DNA of 64,000 nt from Dehalococcoidia bacterium. Lineage in GTDB: Bacteria > Chloroflexota > Dehalococcoidia > Lucifugimonadales > UBA2985. Positions 16,710-24,159 of the stretch are shown piece by piece. Position 1 is the stretch's first letter. Every line of letters begins with the position of its first letter. The stretch spans positions 639,867-703,866 of the forward strand of contig OY821663.2 of assembly GCA_963555975.3 (NCBI GenBank), in the 5' to 3' direction. The translations under genes were made by a program, and so were the position numbers. The notes beneath the pieces were generated by a model, which did no database searches, was not told the origin of the DNA, and saw only the letters and a program-made list of their open reading frames with translations.

Positions 16710-19700
16710 CTACGGCGTTGCGACTCCCGCGCCCTCTACCTCCACGCCGCCTGCGCCGACCATCGCCTCCAGCTCCTCGTGAAGCTCAGCGCAGTAGCTG
16801 ACCGACACGAACGGCAGCTCGCCTATCACAGTCCTGCCGCCGCTCAGTATTCGCAGCCCGACCGGGGCCTCGCCCGGGTGGTTCATCAGCAGCTTGACGA
16901 TTCCGCGGAGCATGTATTCGTCGTGCACCGGGTCACTGGACTCTTCCAGGCGGATCCAGAGCTTGGAGGCCGCGCCGTTGGCGGCGGTGGCTGCCTGCTC
17001 AGGCACTCCGGCAGGTTCAGGATTGGCGGCCGCGCCGTTGCCGTTGGCAGTCCCATCGACAGGCTCAGGGTGAACGGGGGATTCATGACCGTTGGCGGCC
17101 GCGCTCACAGGCGCTTCGACAGGCTCAGCGTGAGCGGATGATTCGCTGCCGTTGGCGGCCGCTTGCACAGGCACTTCGGCAGGCGCAGACCCTTCGACTG
17201 GCTCAGGGTGAGCGGGGGATTCGTGGCCGTTGGCGGCCGCTTGCGCGTGCCCATCGGCAGGCTCAGGCCCTTCGACAGGCTCAGCGTGAGCGGTTTGATG
17301 GGCCGCTGCGTCGTGGCCGTTGGAGACCGCGCTCACAGGCGATTCGACAGGCTCAGGGTGAGCGGATGATTCGTGGCCGTTGGCGGCCGCGCTCACGGGC
17401 GCTTCGACAGGCTCAGAGCCCGCCCCGTACTCGATACGAGGGTGAGCGGATGGGGAATCTGCGGGCGCATCGTCCAGGTTGTAGGCTGTGGCATCGTCGC
17501 ATGTGACGGAGAGGTCTTCGTCGCGGAGGCGCACGCGGCCTGCAATCTCAACCAGGCTGCCTTCGTACCAGAGGGGCTGCGTCTTGTCGTAGGCGTTCGA
17601 CCAGACCATGACCTCCACGCTGCCGCCAAGCATGTCCAGGTTCACCGAGGCGAAGGGCTTGCCCTCCTTGGTGAAGCCGTTGCGGCGATACGAAACCTGG
17701 CCCACCAGGGTCACGCGCCTGCCATCCATGTCGGCGTCCAGGCGGTGGCGGGCGATGATGACGTGGTCGGGCAGCCGGTGCGCCAGCGCGCTCAGCGGGT
17801 TCTCGGAGATGAAGCTGCCGAGGAGCTCTCTCTCCCAGGCAAGCGTATCACGGCGCAGCGGATTGTCGACCTCAGTCTCCGCGGGCAGCACGGTGACGAC
17901 GGAACCGGTATCGCCCATCATCTCGAACATGGACGTCTGCCCGGACGACTTTATTTCGGCCTGGCGTTGCGCCTCCGCGGTGATGCGCTCCACGCTGGCG
18001 AGAAGCGAGCCGCGGCTGCCCAGCTCGTCGAACGCGCCAACCTTGATCAGGCTTTCCAGCGAGCGGCGGTTCAGCCCGGCCATGTCCGCGCGCCGGCACA
18101 GGTCTTCCACGGAGCGATACGGGCCGTTGAGGGTTCTCTCCTCCACCAGCGGCGACACGGCCATCGACCCCACGTTCTTGACCGTGGCAAGCCCGAAGCG
18201 TATGGCCGGCTGCCCGTCGTCGCACTCCTCGATCGAGAACTGCGACTCGCTGCGGTTCAGGTCCGGCGTCAGCACACGAATGCCCAGTCGGAGGCACTCC
18301 GCAACGTCTGTGGCGATCTTGTCGTTCTGCCCGGCGTGCGCGTTCATCACGGCCGCCATGTACTCCTGCGGGTAGTTGGCCTTGAAGTAGGCCGTCCAGT
18401 AAGCGATCATGGCGTAGCTGACGCTGTGCGCCTTGTTGAACGCGTAGCCCGCAAAGGGTTCGATTAGCTGGAACATCTCCTCCGCAAGCTCCTGGGCGAA
18501 CCCCTTGCCGGTTGCGCCCACCAGGAACTTCTCCTTTTCCTGTTGCATCACTTCCGGGCTCTTCTTGCCCATAGCCTTGCGCACCACGTCCGCCTCGCCG
18601 AGGGAGTATCCGGCGAACGCCTGCGCGATGAGCAGCACCTGGTCCTGGTAGACGATCACCCCGTAGGTCTCCTCCAGGATGTCCTTGAGCGCCGGGTGCG
18701 GATAGCGAATGGGCGCGCGACCGTGCTTGGCGTCGATGAAGGTGTCGATGTGCTCCATCGGCCCCGGACGGTACAGGGCGATCATGGCTGAGATGTCGCC
18801 CAGCGAGTTGGGCTTGAGCTTCTGGATGTAGCGTCTCATGCCCGCGCCTTCCAACTGGAACACGCCGGTTGTCTCGCCGGAGGAGAGCAGTTCGAATGTC
18901 GCTGGGTCGTCCAGCGGGATGAGCTGCATGTCAAGCTCCATGCCGTGCCGGCGGGATACGGTGGAGCGGACGTTAGCCAGGATGGTGAGGTTGGTGAGGC
19001 CGAGGAAGTCCATCTTGAGCAGGCCAAGCTGCGCGATGGGGTTCATGGGGAACTGGGTCATCGCCATGTCCTCGGACGACTCGGCGCGGACGGGCCGCTG
19101 CAAGGGCAGGTACTCAACGAGCGGCTCCTTGGTGATTACCACGCCGGCGGCGTGCGTGCTGGTGTGGCGCACCAGTCCTTCCAGCTTGCGAGCCTTGTCC
19201 ACCACGTCTCGGAGGGTGGCGTCGGCCTCGTATATCTCCCGCATTTCGGGGCCGGTCTCCAGCGCCTCGGCGATGCTGTGCGCCCTGGGGGGCACCAGCT
19301 TGGCGATCCTGTCCACGTCCGAGTAGATCATGCCGCTGGCGCGGCCGGTGTCCCGGATGGCGGCCTTGGCGCCCAGTGTGCCGAAGGTGATGATCTGCGC
19401 TACGTGGTCTCCGCCGTACTTCCTGCGCACGTAGGCGATCACCTCGTCACGGCGGTCGTCCTGGAAGTCCATGTCGATGTCCGGCATCTCGCGGCGCTCC
19501 AGGTTGAGGAACCGCTCGAAGACCAAGCGGTGCTGCAACGGGTCGATGTCGGTTACGCCGAGGCAGTAGAGCACGAGGCTTGCGGCGGCGCTGCCGCGTA
19601 CGCCGAATAGTATGCCCTGCTCGCGGGTGAAGGCCGCAATGTCCCACACTACAAGAATGTAGTTGGCAAACCGCGTGTTCTCGATGACGTTCAGCTCGTA

Positions 19701-20654
19701 TTCCAAGCGTTGATGAGCTTCCGGCGTGGGGTCGACGTAGAGGCGCGCCATGCCCTCGCGGCACAGTTGCTCCAGGTACTGTTCCGGCGTCAAGCCGTCC
19801 GGTGGCGTGTACTCCGGCAGGCGGAGCTGGGAGAAGTCCAGCTCCACGTTGCACATCTCCGCGATCTTCTGCGTGTTGTCCACGGCCTCCGGAAGGTCGG
19901 AGAACATCTCCTCCATCTCCCGGCTGCTCTTGAGGTAGTAGGAGTCGTCCGACATCTTGAGGCGCTTGTCGTCCAGCAGGTTGGTGTTGGTGTGAATGCA
20001 GATGAGAATGTCCTGCACCTCTGCGTCTGCCTGGTAGGTGTAGTGGCAGTCGTTGGTGGCAACCAGGGGCAGGCCGGTTTCGCGCGCCAGCTTGAGCAGC
20101 GCCTCGTTGAGCTTATCGAGTTCCGGGACGTTTTCGTGGCGCTGGATCTCCAGGTAGAAGTGGTCGAACGTGTCGCGGTACCAGAGCGCGGCCTCGCGGG
20201 CATCCTTCGTCTTGCCAGCCAGCAGCAGGCGCGGCACCTCCGCGGTGGGGCAGCCGGAGAATGCGATGAGGCCGGAGCCGTGGAGTCGCAGCAGTTCCTT
20301 ATCCACGCGGGGCTTGTAGTAGAAGCCCTCCAGGTGCGACTTGGATGATAGCTGCAAGAGGTTGCGGTAGCCCTCCATGTTGCGGGCGAGCAGCAGGAGA
20401 TGGTAGGGGCTGCGGTCGGTTACGCCCCTGCTGAAGCGCGAATCCTGTGCGAGGTATGCCTCCAGGCCGATGATGGGCTTAATGCCCGCGTCCTTGCAGG
20501 CGGTGTAGAAGTCGATGGCGCCGTAGAGGCCGCCGTGGTCGGTGATGGCGAGGGCGTTCATGCCCAGCTCTCGTGCGCGGTCGACCATGGGGCCGATGCG
20601 GCTGAGGCCGTCCAACATGCTGAACTCGGTGTGGTTGTGCAGGTGTACGAACAA
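16710..20654 (-). CDS. dnaE: DNA polymerase III subunit alpha, with a REP-derived tandem-repeat linker near the C-terminus
   Basis: A PHP domain (FVHLHNHTEFSMLDG), polymerase core motifs and an OB-fold region are present. I place the start at TTG 20654, which has a GAGG RBS 5 nt upstream, because an extended -10 promoter (20691-20683) lies downstream of the track's GTG at 20711. The alternative end is 20711. Confidence 0.93.
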   Translation of the reverse strand: MFVHLHNHTEFSMLDGLSRIGPMVDRARELGMNALAITDHGGLYGAIDFYTACKDAGIKPIIGLEAYLAQDSRFSRGVTDRSPYHLLLLARNMEGYRNLLQLSSKSHLEGFYYKPRVDKELLRLHGSGLIAFSGCPTAEVPRLLLAGKTKDAREAALWYRDTFDHFYLEIQRHENVPELDKLNEALLKLARETGLPLVATNDCHYTYQADAEVQDILICIHTNTNLLDDKRLKMSDDSYYLKSSREMEEMFSDLPEAVDNTQKIAEMCNVELDFSQLRLPEYTPPDGLTPEQYLEQLCREGMARLYVDPTPEAHQRLEYELNVIENTRFANYILVVWDIAAFTREQGILFGVRGSAAASLVLYCLGVTDIDPLQHRLVFERFLNLERREMPDIDMDFQDDRRDEVIAYVRRKYGGDHVAQIITFGTLGAKAAIRDTGRASGMIYSDVDRIAKLVPPRAHSIAEALETGPEMREIYEADATLRDVVDKARKLEGLVRHTSTHAAGVVITKEPLVEYLPLQRPVRAESSEDMAMTQFPMNPIAQLGLLKMDFLGLTNLTILANVRSTVSRRHGMELDMQLIPLDDPATFELLSSGETTGVFQLEGAGMRRYIQKLKPNSLGDISAMIALYRPGPMEHIDTFIDAKHGRAPIRYPHPALKDILEETYGVIVYQDQVLLIAQAFAGYSLGEADVVRKAMGKKSPEVMQQEKEKFLVGATGKGFAQELAEEMFQLIEPFAGYAFNKAHSVSYAMIAYWTAYFKANYPQEYMAAVMNAHAGQNDKIATDVAECLRLGIRVLTPDLNRSESQFSIEECDDGQPAIRFGLATVKNVGSMAVSPLVEERTLNGPYRSVEDLCRRADMAGLNRRSLESLIKVGAFDELGSRGSLLASVERITAEAQRQAEIKSSGQTSMFEMMGDTGSVVTVLPAETEVDNPLRRDTLAWERELLGSFISENPLSALAHRLPDHVIIARHRLDADMDGRRVTLVGQVSYRRNGFTKEGKPFASVNLDMLGGSVEVMVWSNAYDKTQPLWYEGSLVEIAGRVRLRDEDLSVTCDDATAYNLDDAPADSPSAHPRIEYGAGSEPVEAPVSAAANGHESSAHPEPVESPVSAVSNGHDAAAHQTAHAEPVEGPEPADGHAQAAANGHESPAHPEPVEGSAPAEVPVQAAANGSESSAHAEPVEAPVSAAANGHESPVHPEPVDGTANGNGAAANPEPAGVPEQAATAANGAASKLWIRLEESSDPVHDEYMLRGIVKLLMNHPGEAPVGLRILSGGRTVIGELPFVSVSYCAELHEELEAMVGAGGVEVEGAGVATP
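16966..17455. repeat. in-frame tandem array of REP cores inside dnaE
   Basis: Six copies of ttcgac(a/t)ggctcag(g/c)gtga(g/a)cgg are present. The anchor motif gttgg(c/a)g(g/a)cc occurs at 17091, 17151, 17229, 17319 and 17379, giving unit lengths of 60, 78, 90 and 60 nt, all multiples of 3. On the coding strand the units read AHPEPVE(A/G/S)P..AAANGHES. Confidence 0.9.
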
Positions 20655-20682
20655 TTTTGCCTCGGAGTGAAATGCTGCCGTG

Positions 20683-20691
20683 ATTATAGCA
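20683..20691 (-). promoter_or_regulatory. extended -10 promoter candidate for dnaE (TGcTATAAT)
   Basis: The reverse complement of 20683-20691 reads TGCTATAAT. There is no good -35, but the TGn extension compensates. The predicted transcription start is about 20 nt upstream of the TTG at 20654. Confidence 0.45.
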
Positions 20692-20719
20692 TTGGCGGGG
20701 GCGTACGGCACTATATGTT

Positions 20720-20990
20720 GTGGCGGATTTCGCGGGATTTCCGGTGCGCGGGAGGCGCGCCGGCCCGCGATTCGGGCGGTTCACGAACCGCCGAGGCGGG
20801 CCGCCGCGCAGCCCGCTTGACCCTTCGAACACAGGGTGAGCGGGTGGGCTTGGTAGTGGCTGCCAACTGTGACCGCCTGCGATTCGGTCGGTTCACGAAC
20901 CGCCCCTACGGGTTGCCGCGTCGGTAATCCGCGCACCCTTCGGCAGGCTCAGAGCTTGCCCCTGCGAAAGCAGGGGATGAGAGGGCAAGA
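20720..20990. repeat. REP-like mosaic including the GGCGGTTCACGAACCGCC palindromes
   Basis: The palindrome ggcggttcacgaaccgcc lies at 20775-20792. A related copy lies at about 20887-20905, and a third at 36004-36023. Units cccttcgaacacagggtgagcgg and cccttcggcaggctcagagcttgcccctgcgaaagcagggg are also present. Confidence 0.8.
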
Positions 20991-21040
20991 CGCCGCTGTC
21001 GCAGCGCACGGGCGTAACGGTGCTAACTCAAAGCTGAATC

Positions 21041-21069
21041 TTGAATTGGGGCACTTTTGGGCGTACAAT
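21041..21069 (+). promoter_or_regulatory. sigma70-type promoter giving a (near-)leaderless mRNA for the DUF4143 ATPase gene
   Basis: TTGAAT (21041-21046), a 17-nt spacer and TACAAT (21064-21069) are present. The ATG at 21076 is only 6 nt after the -10 box, and there is no SD sequence. Confidence 0.55.
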
Positions 21070-21075
21070 GCCACA

Positions 21076-22248
21076 ATGACAGTCCAGCGAGACCTCGCGG
21101 TCAGCCTGCTGAAGGCCGCGGAGCGCGCGCCATCCATAACCCTGACCGGCCCGCGGCAGAGCGGCAAGACTACGCTTTGCCGGGATGTCTTTCCGCGCCA
21201 CGATTACGTGAACCTGGAAGTGCCGGATGCCCGACAGTTCGCCACGGACGACCCGCGCAGCTTCTTGGCCCAGTTCCCGGACGCCGCCATTATCGACGAG
21301 GTGCAGCGCGTGCCCTCGCTCCTTTCGTACCTCCAGTCGGTCATCGACGAGGACCCAGCGCCCGGCCGCTGGGTCCTGACCGGGTCGCACAACCTTGCGG
21401 TTGCCGAGTCCGTCAGCCAGTCGCTGGCAGGGCGCACGTCTGTCCACCACCTTCTGCCTCTGTCGAGGAGCGAGGTCGTGCGGTTTCCCAGGCATCCCGC
21501 TACGCTGGAAGATGCGCTGTTCACGGGCGGCTATCCCCGCGTCCTCAACGACGAGCTAGACCCGGCCGAATGGCTGCGCTCCTACGTTGCCACGTATCTT
21601 GAACGAGACGTGAGGTCGCTGAGCCGCGTGGGGGATCTGTCCGCCTTCCAACGCTTTTTGGAGCTATGCGCCGGGCGCACGTCCCAGCTTCTGAACCTCT
21701 CGCGGCTGGCGTCCGACTGCGGCGTCTCGCAGCCCACGGCCTCCGCTTGGCTTAGCGTTCTGGAGGCCGGCTTCATCCTGTTTCGCCTGCCGCCGTTCCA
21801 CGCAAACCTGAACAAGCGACTGGTTAGGATGCCCAAGCTCCACTTCTACGATACGGGCTTGGCCTGCTGGCTAATCGGCATACGTGAGGCCGATCAGCTG
21901 AGCGCTCACCCCCTGCGCGGCCCGCTTTTCGAGTCCTGGGTGGTTTCCGAGATCGTCAAGAGCCGGCTGAACCGCGGCGAGAGCAGGGGCCTCTACTTCT
22001 ATCGCAACCGCGACGGAGCAGAGGTCGACCTGGTGATCGAGCATCCGGCGGGCTACACGCTTGTGGAGGCGAAGTCGTCACGGACGCCCGCCGCAAGCCT
22101 GTTCGACCGGGCGCGGCGCGTGCAGGGCCACCTTGCGGGCGCTGGCCTGCCGTGCGACGTGGCGGTTGCCTACGGCGGCAGCGAGCGTCATAGCAGGCAA
22201 CTCGGCAGGCTGCTGCCGTGGGACCGCCTGCACGAGGAGACGTGGTGA
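21076..22248 (+). CDS. AAA+ ATPase with a C-terminal DUF4143 domain
   Basis: The Walker A motif is LTGPRQSGKTTL and the Walker B-like motif is AIIDEVQRVP. The C-terminal half shows the DUF4143 pattern (..FLELCAGRTSQLLNLSRLASDCGVSQPT..YFYRNRDGAEVDLV). The start is taken at MTVQRD; the track extension (20869) crosses REP units. Confidence 0.8.
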   Translation: MTVQRDLAVSLLKAAERAPSITLTGPRQSGKTTLCRDVFPRHDYVNLEVPDARQFATDDPRSFLAQFPDAAIIDEVQRVPSLLSYLQSVIDEDPAPGRWVLTGSHNLAVAESVSQSLAGRTSVHHLLPLSRSEVVRFPRHPATLEDALFTGGYPRVLNDELDPAEWLRSYVATYLERDVRSLSRVGDLSAFQRFLELCAGRTSQLLNLSRLASDCGVSQPTASAWLSVLEAGFILFRLPPFHANLNKRLVRMPKLHFYDTGLACWLIGIREADQLSAHPLRGPLFESWVVSEIVKSRLNRGESRGLYFYRNRDGAEVDLVIEHPAGYTLVEAKSSRTPAASLFDRARRVQGHLAGAGLPCDVAVAYGGSERHSRQLGRLLPWDRLHEETW

Positions 22249-22700
22249 GGCGCGCGTTGCCGTTCGTGCTGAGCTAGTCGAAGCATGGACGGGAGAGAGG
22301 CGGCTGACACTCTCTACATCCCTCTCCCGCGAAAGCGGGAGTCTACAGAGCCGAGACTAGTGAGCGCGCACAGCCGTGTAGCAAGCCGGAACCCGGTCGA
22401 GTGGATGCCCGCCCCCGTATCGGGGTACGGGGCAGGCTCCGCGGGCATAGGGGGTTGGCGGCGCGCCCGCCCCTTGACAGGCTCAGAGTGAGCGGGAGCC
22501 AAGGCCTCCGCCCCATGCCCCACCGGGTGCTAGATTCCTGCTTTCGCAGGAACGACTGTTGAGGTAGGCGGTGGAGCGTTTCCGTCCCCGCTCATGGTGA
22601 GCCTGTCGAACCGGAGCGGGGAGACCACGGCCGCTGACCATCCGCCCGCCCTTCGACAGGCTCAGGACGAGCGGAGGAGGAAGCCGCAGCCACATCCCGC
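22249..22700. repeat. REP-like composite (about 300-nt super-unit, sister of 36205-36503)
   Basis: The composite ccgttcgtgctgagctagtcgaagcatgg .. ctcccgcgaaagcgggagtctac .. gtcgagtggatgcccgcc .. ccttgacaggctcagagtgagcgg .. ctagattcctgctttcgcaggaacgactgttgagg has the same module order as the 36.2-36.5 kb copy. Confidence 0.85.
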
Positions 22701-22704
22701 GGGT

Positions 22705-22749
22705 GAGACTGTGCTAATTCAAAGCGGCATCTTGAATTAGCACAGTCTC
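22705..22749. repeat. perfect 18-bp inverted repeat (9-nt loop), AT-rich, paralogous to 21019-21054
   Basis: The arm gagactgtgctaattcaa (22705-22722) and the arm ttgaattagcacagtctc (22732-22749) are exact reverse complements. The right arm carries TTGAAT, followed after 17 nt by TACAGA, which is the same geometry as the promoter at 21041-21069. Confidence 0.85.
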
Positions 22750-22821
22750 AGGCGTACAGACTCTCGCAATAGTTCATGGAGATCTCGCCACCGTGCTGTT
22801 CAACCGGACCGGTAGGCCCGC

Positions 22822-23613
22822 CTACCTGCCGCGGTAGACGGGCGGCCGCTTCTCCAGGAAGGCGCGCACCGCTTCCTGCGCGTCGTCCGTGGCGGATAGC
22901 AGGGCGTTTGCGTCGCTCTCGCGGCGCATGGCTGCGGCTATCGCCTCGTCGTCGCCGGCGTACAGCAGCCTTCTCGTCGCGCGGACGGCGAGAGGCGGGT
23001 TGGCGGCTATCTCGTCCGCCAGCGACCTTGCCTCGACCATCAGACTGTCCGCGGGAACGACTCGGCTCACCAGGCCCTTGTCCATCGCCCACTGCGCGTC
23101 GTAGACGGCGCCGGTCAACGCCATCTCCATCGCCACCGCCGGGCCGACCAGCCGCGGCAGCAGCAGCGACGCGCCCGCGTCCGGCACGAGCGAGCGCCTG
23201 ACGAACACGCACGAGAACCCGGCCTCCTGCGACGCGATCCTGACATCGCAGGCCAGCGCGATGGACAGCCCGGCCCCCGCCGCAACGCCGTTGACGGCCG
23301 CTATGACGGGCTGAGGCATTGCACGGATGCGGGCGGCGAGGTCGGTTATGCCGCTTTCGGGCGGAGCGGCGTCGGCGGCCGACTCGGCTGCGAGCAGCTC
23401 GTTCACGTCTGCGCCGGAGCAGAAGCCGCGGCCCGCGCCGGTCAGTATGACCGCGCGTACGCCGTCATCGGCCCCGATGGCTGCCAGGGCCGCGTGCAGC
23501 TCCGCAGCCATGCGTGACGTTAGGGCATTGAGCTTGTCCGGCCTGTTCAGGGTGACGTATGCGACGTGGCCGTCGCGCGCTTGCTCAACGTGCTCGTGGG
23601 GTCGTGCGGTCAT
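22822..23613 (-). CDS. enoyl-CoA hydratase/isomerase (crotonase) family protein
   Basis: Motifs present are VAYVTLNRPDKLNAL, VILTGAGRGFCSGADV and AAVNGVAAGAGLSIALACDVRIA. The start is ATG 23613 (MTARP) or TTG 23652. Confidence 0.85.
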   Translation of the reverse strand: MTARPHEHVEQARDGHVAYVTLNRPDKLNALTSRMAAELHAALAAIGADDGVRAVILTGAGRGFCSGADVNELLAAESAADAAPPESGITDLAARIRAMPQPVIAAVNGVAAGAGLSIALACDVRIASQEAGFSCVFVRRSLVPDAGASLLLPRLVGPAVAMEMALTGAVYDAQWAMDKGLVSRVVPADSLMVEARSLADEIAANPPLAVRATRRLLYAGDDEAIAAAMRRESDANALLSATDDAQEAVRAFLEKRPPVYRGR

Positions 23614-23938
23614 GTGGATGCGCTCCGCGGAAGCAGGGTTGTGGGCGTGCAACGATGCTCAGCCTCCGCGTGGACGAACGGCTGTCGAGCGTGGGGGCCA
23701 GGCTGGTTGCCGGCTTCGGGGCGCATGGCGCCGCGCCGGGTTGGCGCTGAGGCCGAATCATCGTCAACGCGCAAGGCACGGCCCAACACCAAACTCGCCG
23801 CGTGTTCGATGGAATCTCGAACCGCAATTGCGAGAACGGAGGACTGGGCCGTGAGCCGGAAAAGAGTCGGATAAGGGCAACCCAGGCCGCCCGGCCCGCG
23901 CCGGGGCTTCAGGCGGCCTCCGTTGCATGAGAAATTGA

Positions 23939-24079
23939 CTAGGCCTTGCCGATGCGGAACATCTTGACACCGCACACCGGGCACGTGCCTTGCGTTGCCG
24001 GGCGACCGTTCTTCATGGTGATCGACTGAGTGTTGCTCATCTCCTGCTGAGAACGGCACTTTACGCAATAGCCCTGCAT
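23939..24079 (-). CDS. DUF5679-type small zinc-ribbon protein (46 aa)
   Basis: This gene is not in the ORF track because it is under 60 aa. The reverse strand reads GGAGGTGACTCC-ATG, followed by MQGYCVKCRSQQEMSNTQSITMKNGRPATQGTCPVCGVKMFRIGKA and a stop. Two CxxC pairs are present, and the pattern matches my recollection of the DUF5679 family. Confidence 0.7.
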   Translation of the reverse strand: MQGYCVKCRSQQEMSNTQSITMKNGRPATQGTCPVCGVKMFRIGKA

Positions 24080-24159
24080 GGAGTCACCTCCAGTCCAAGA
24101 TTGCGCCCATTCTATATCATGTTGGTCTCATTAGTAACCCCATTTGGGGGCAATTTCGG

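Noticed and set aside
16966-17455. Whether the dnaE repeat block is an intein, or the REP arrays are CRISPR arrays.
   Set aside because: There are no intein splice motifs: no Cys/Ser-start block, no HN-Cys/Ser/Thr junction and no endonuclease domain. The units are palindromic and of variable length, have no unique spacers, and no cas genes are present.
22776-23201. A 141-codon plus-strand ORF downstream of the second promoter-like palindrome.
   Set aside because: It is entirely antisense to the crotonase gene (22822..23613). Its product is a Pro/Arg/Ala low-complexity sequence, and it has no RBS.
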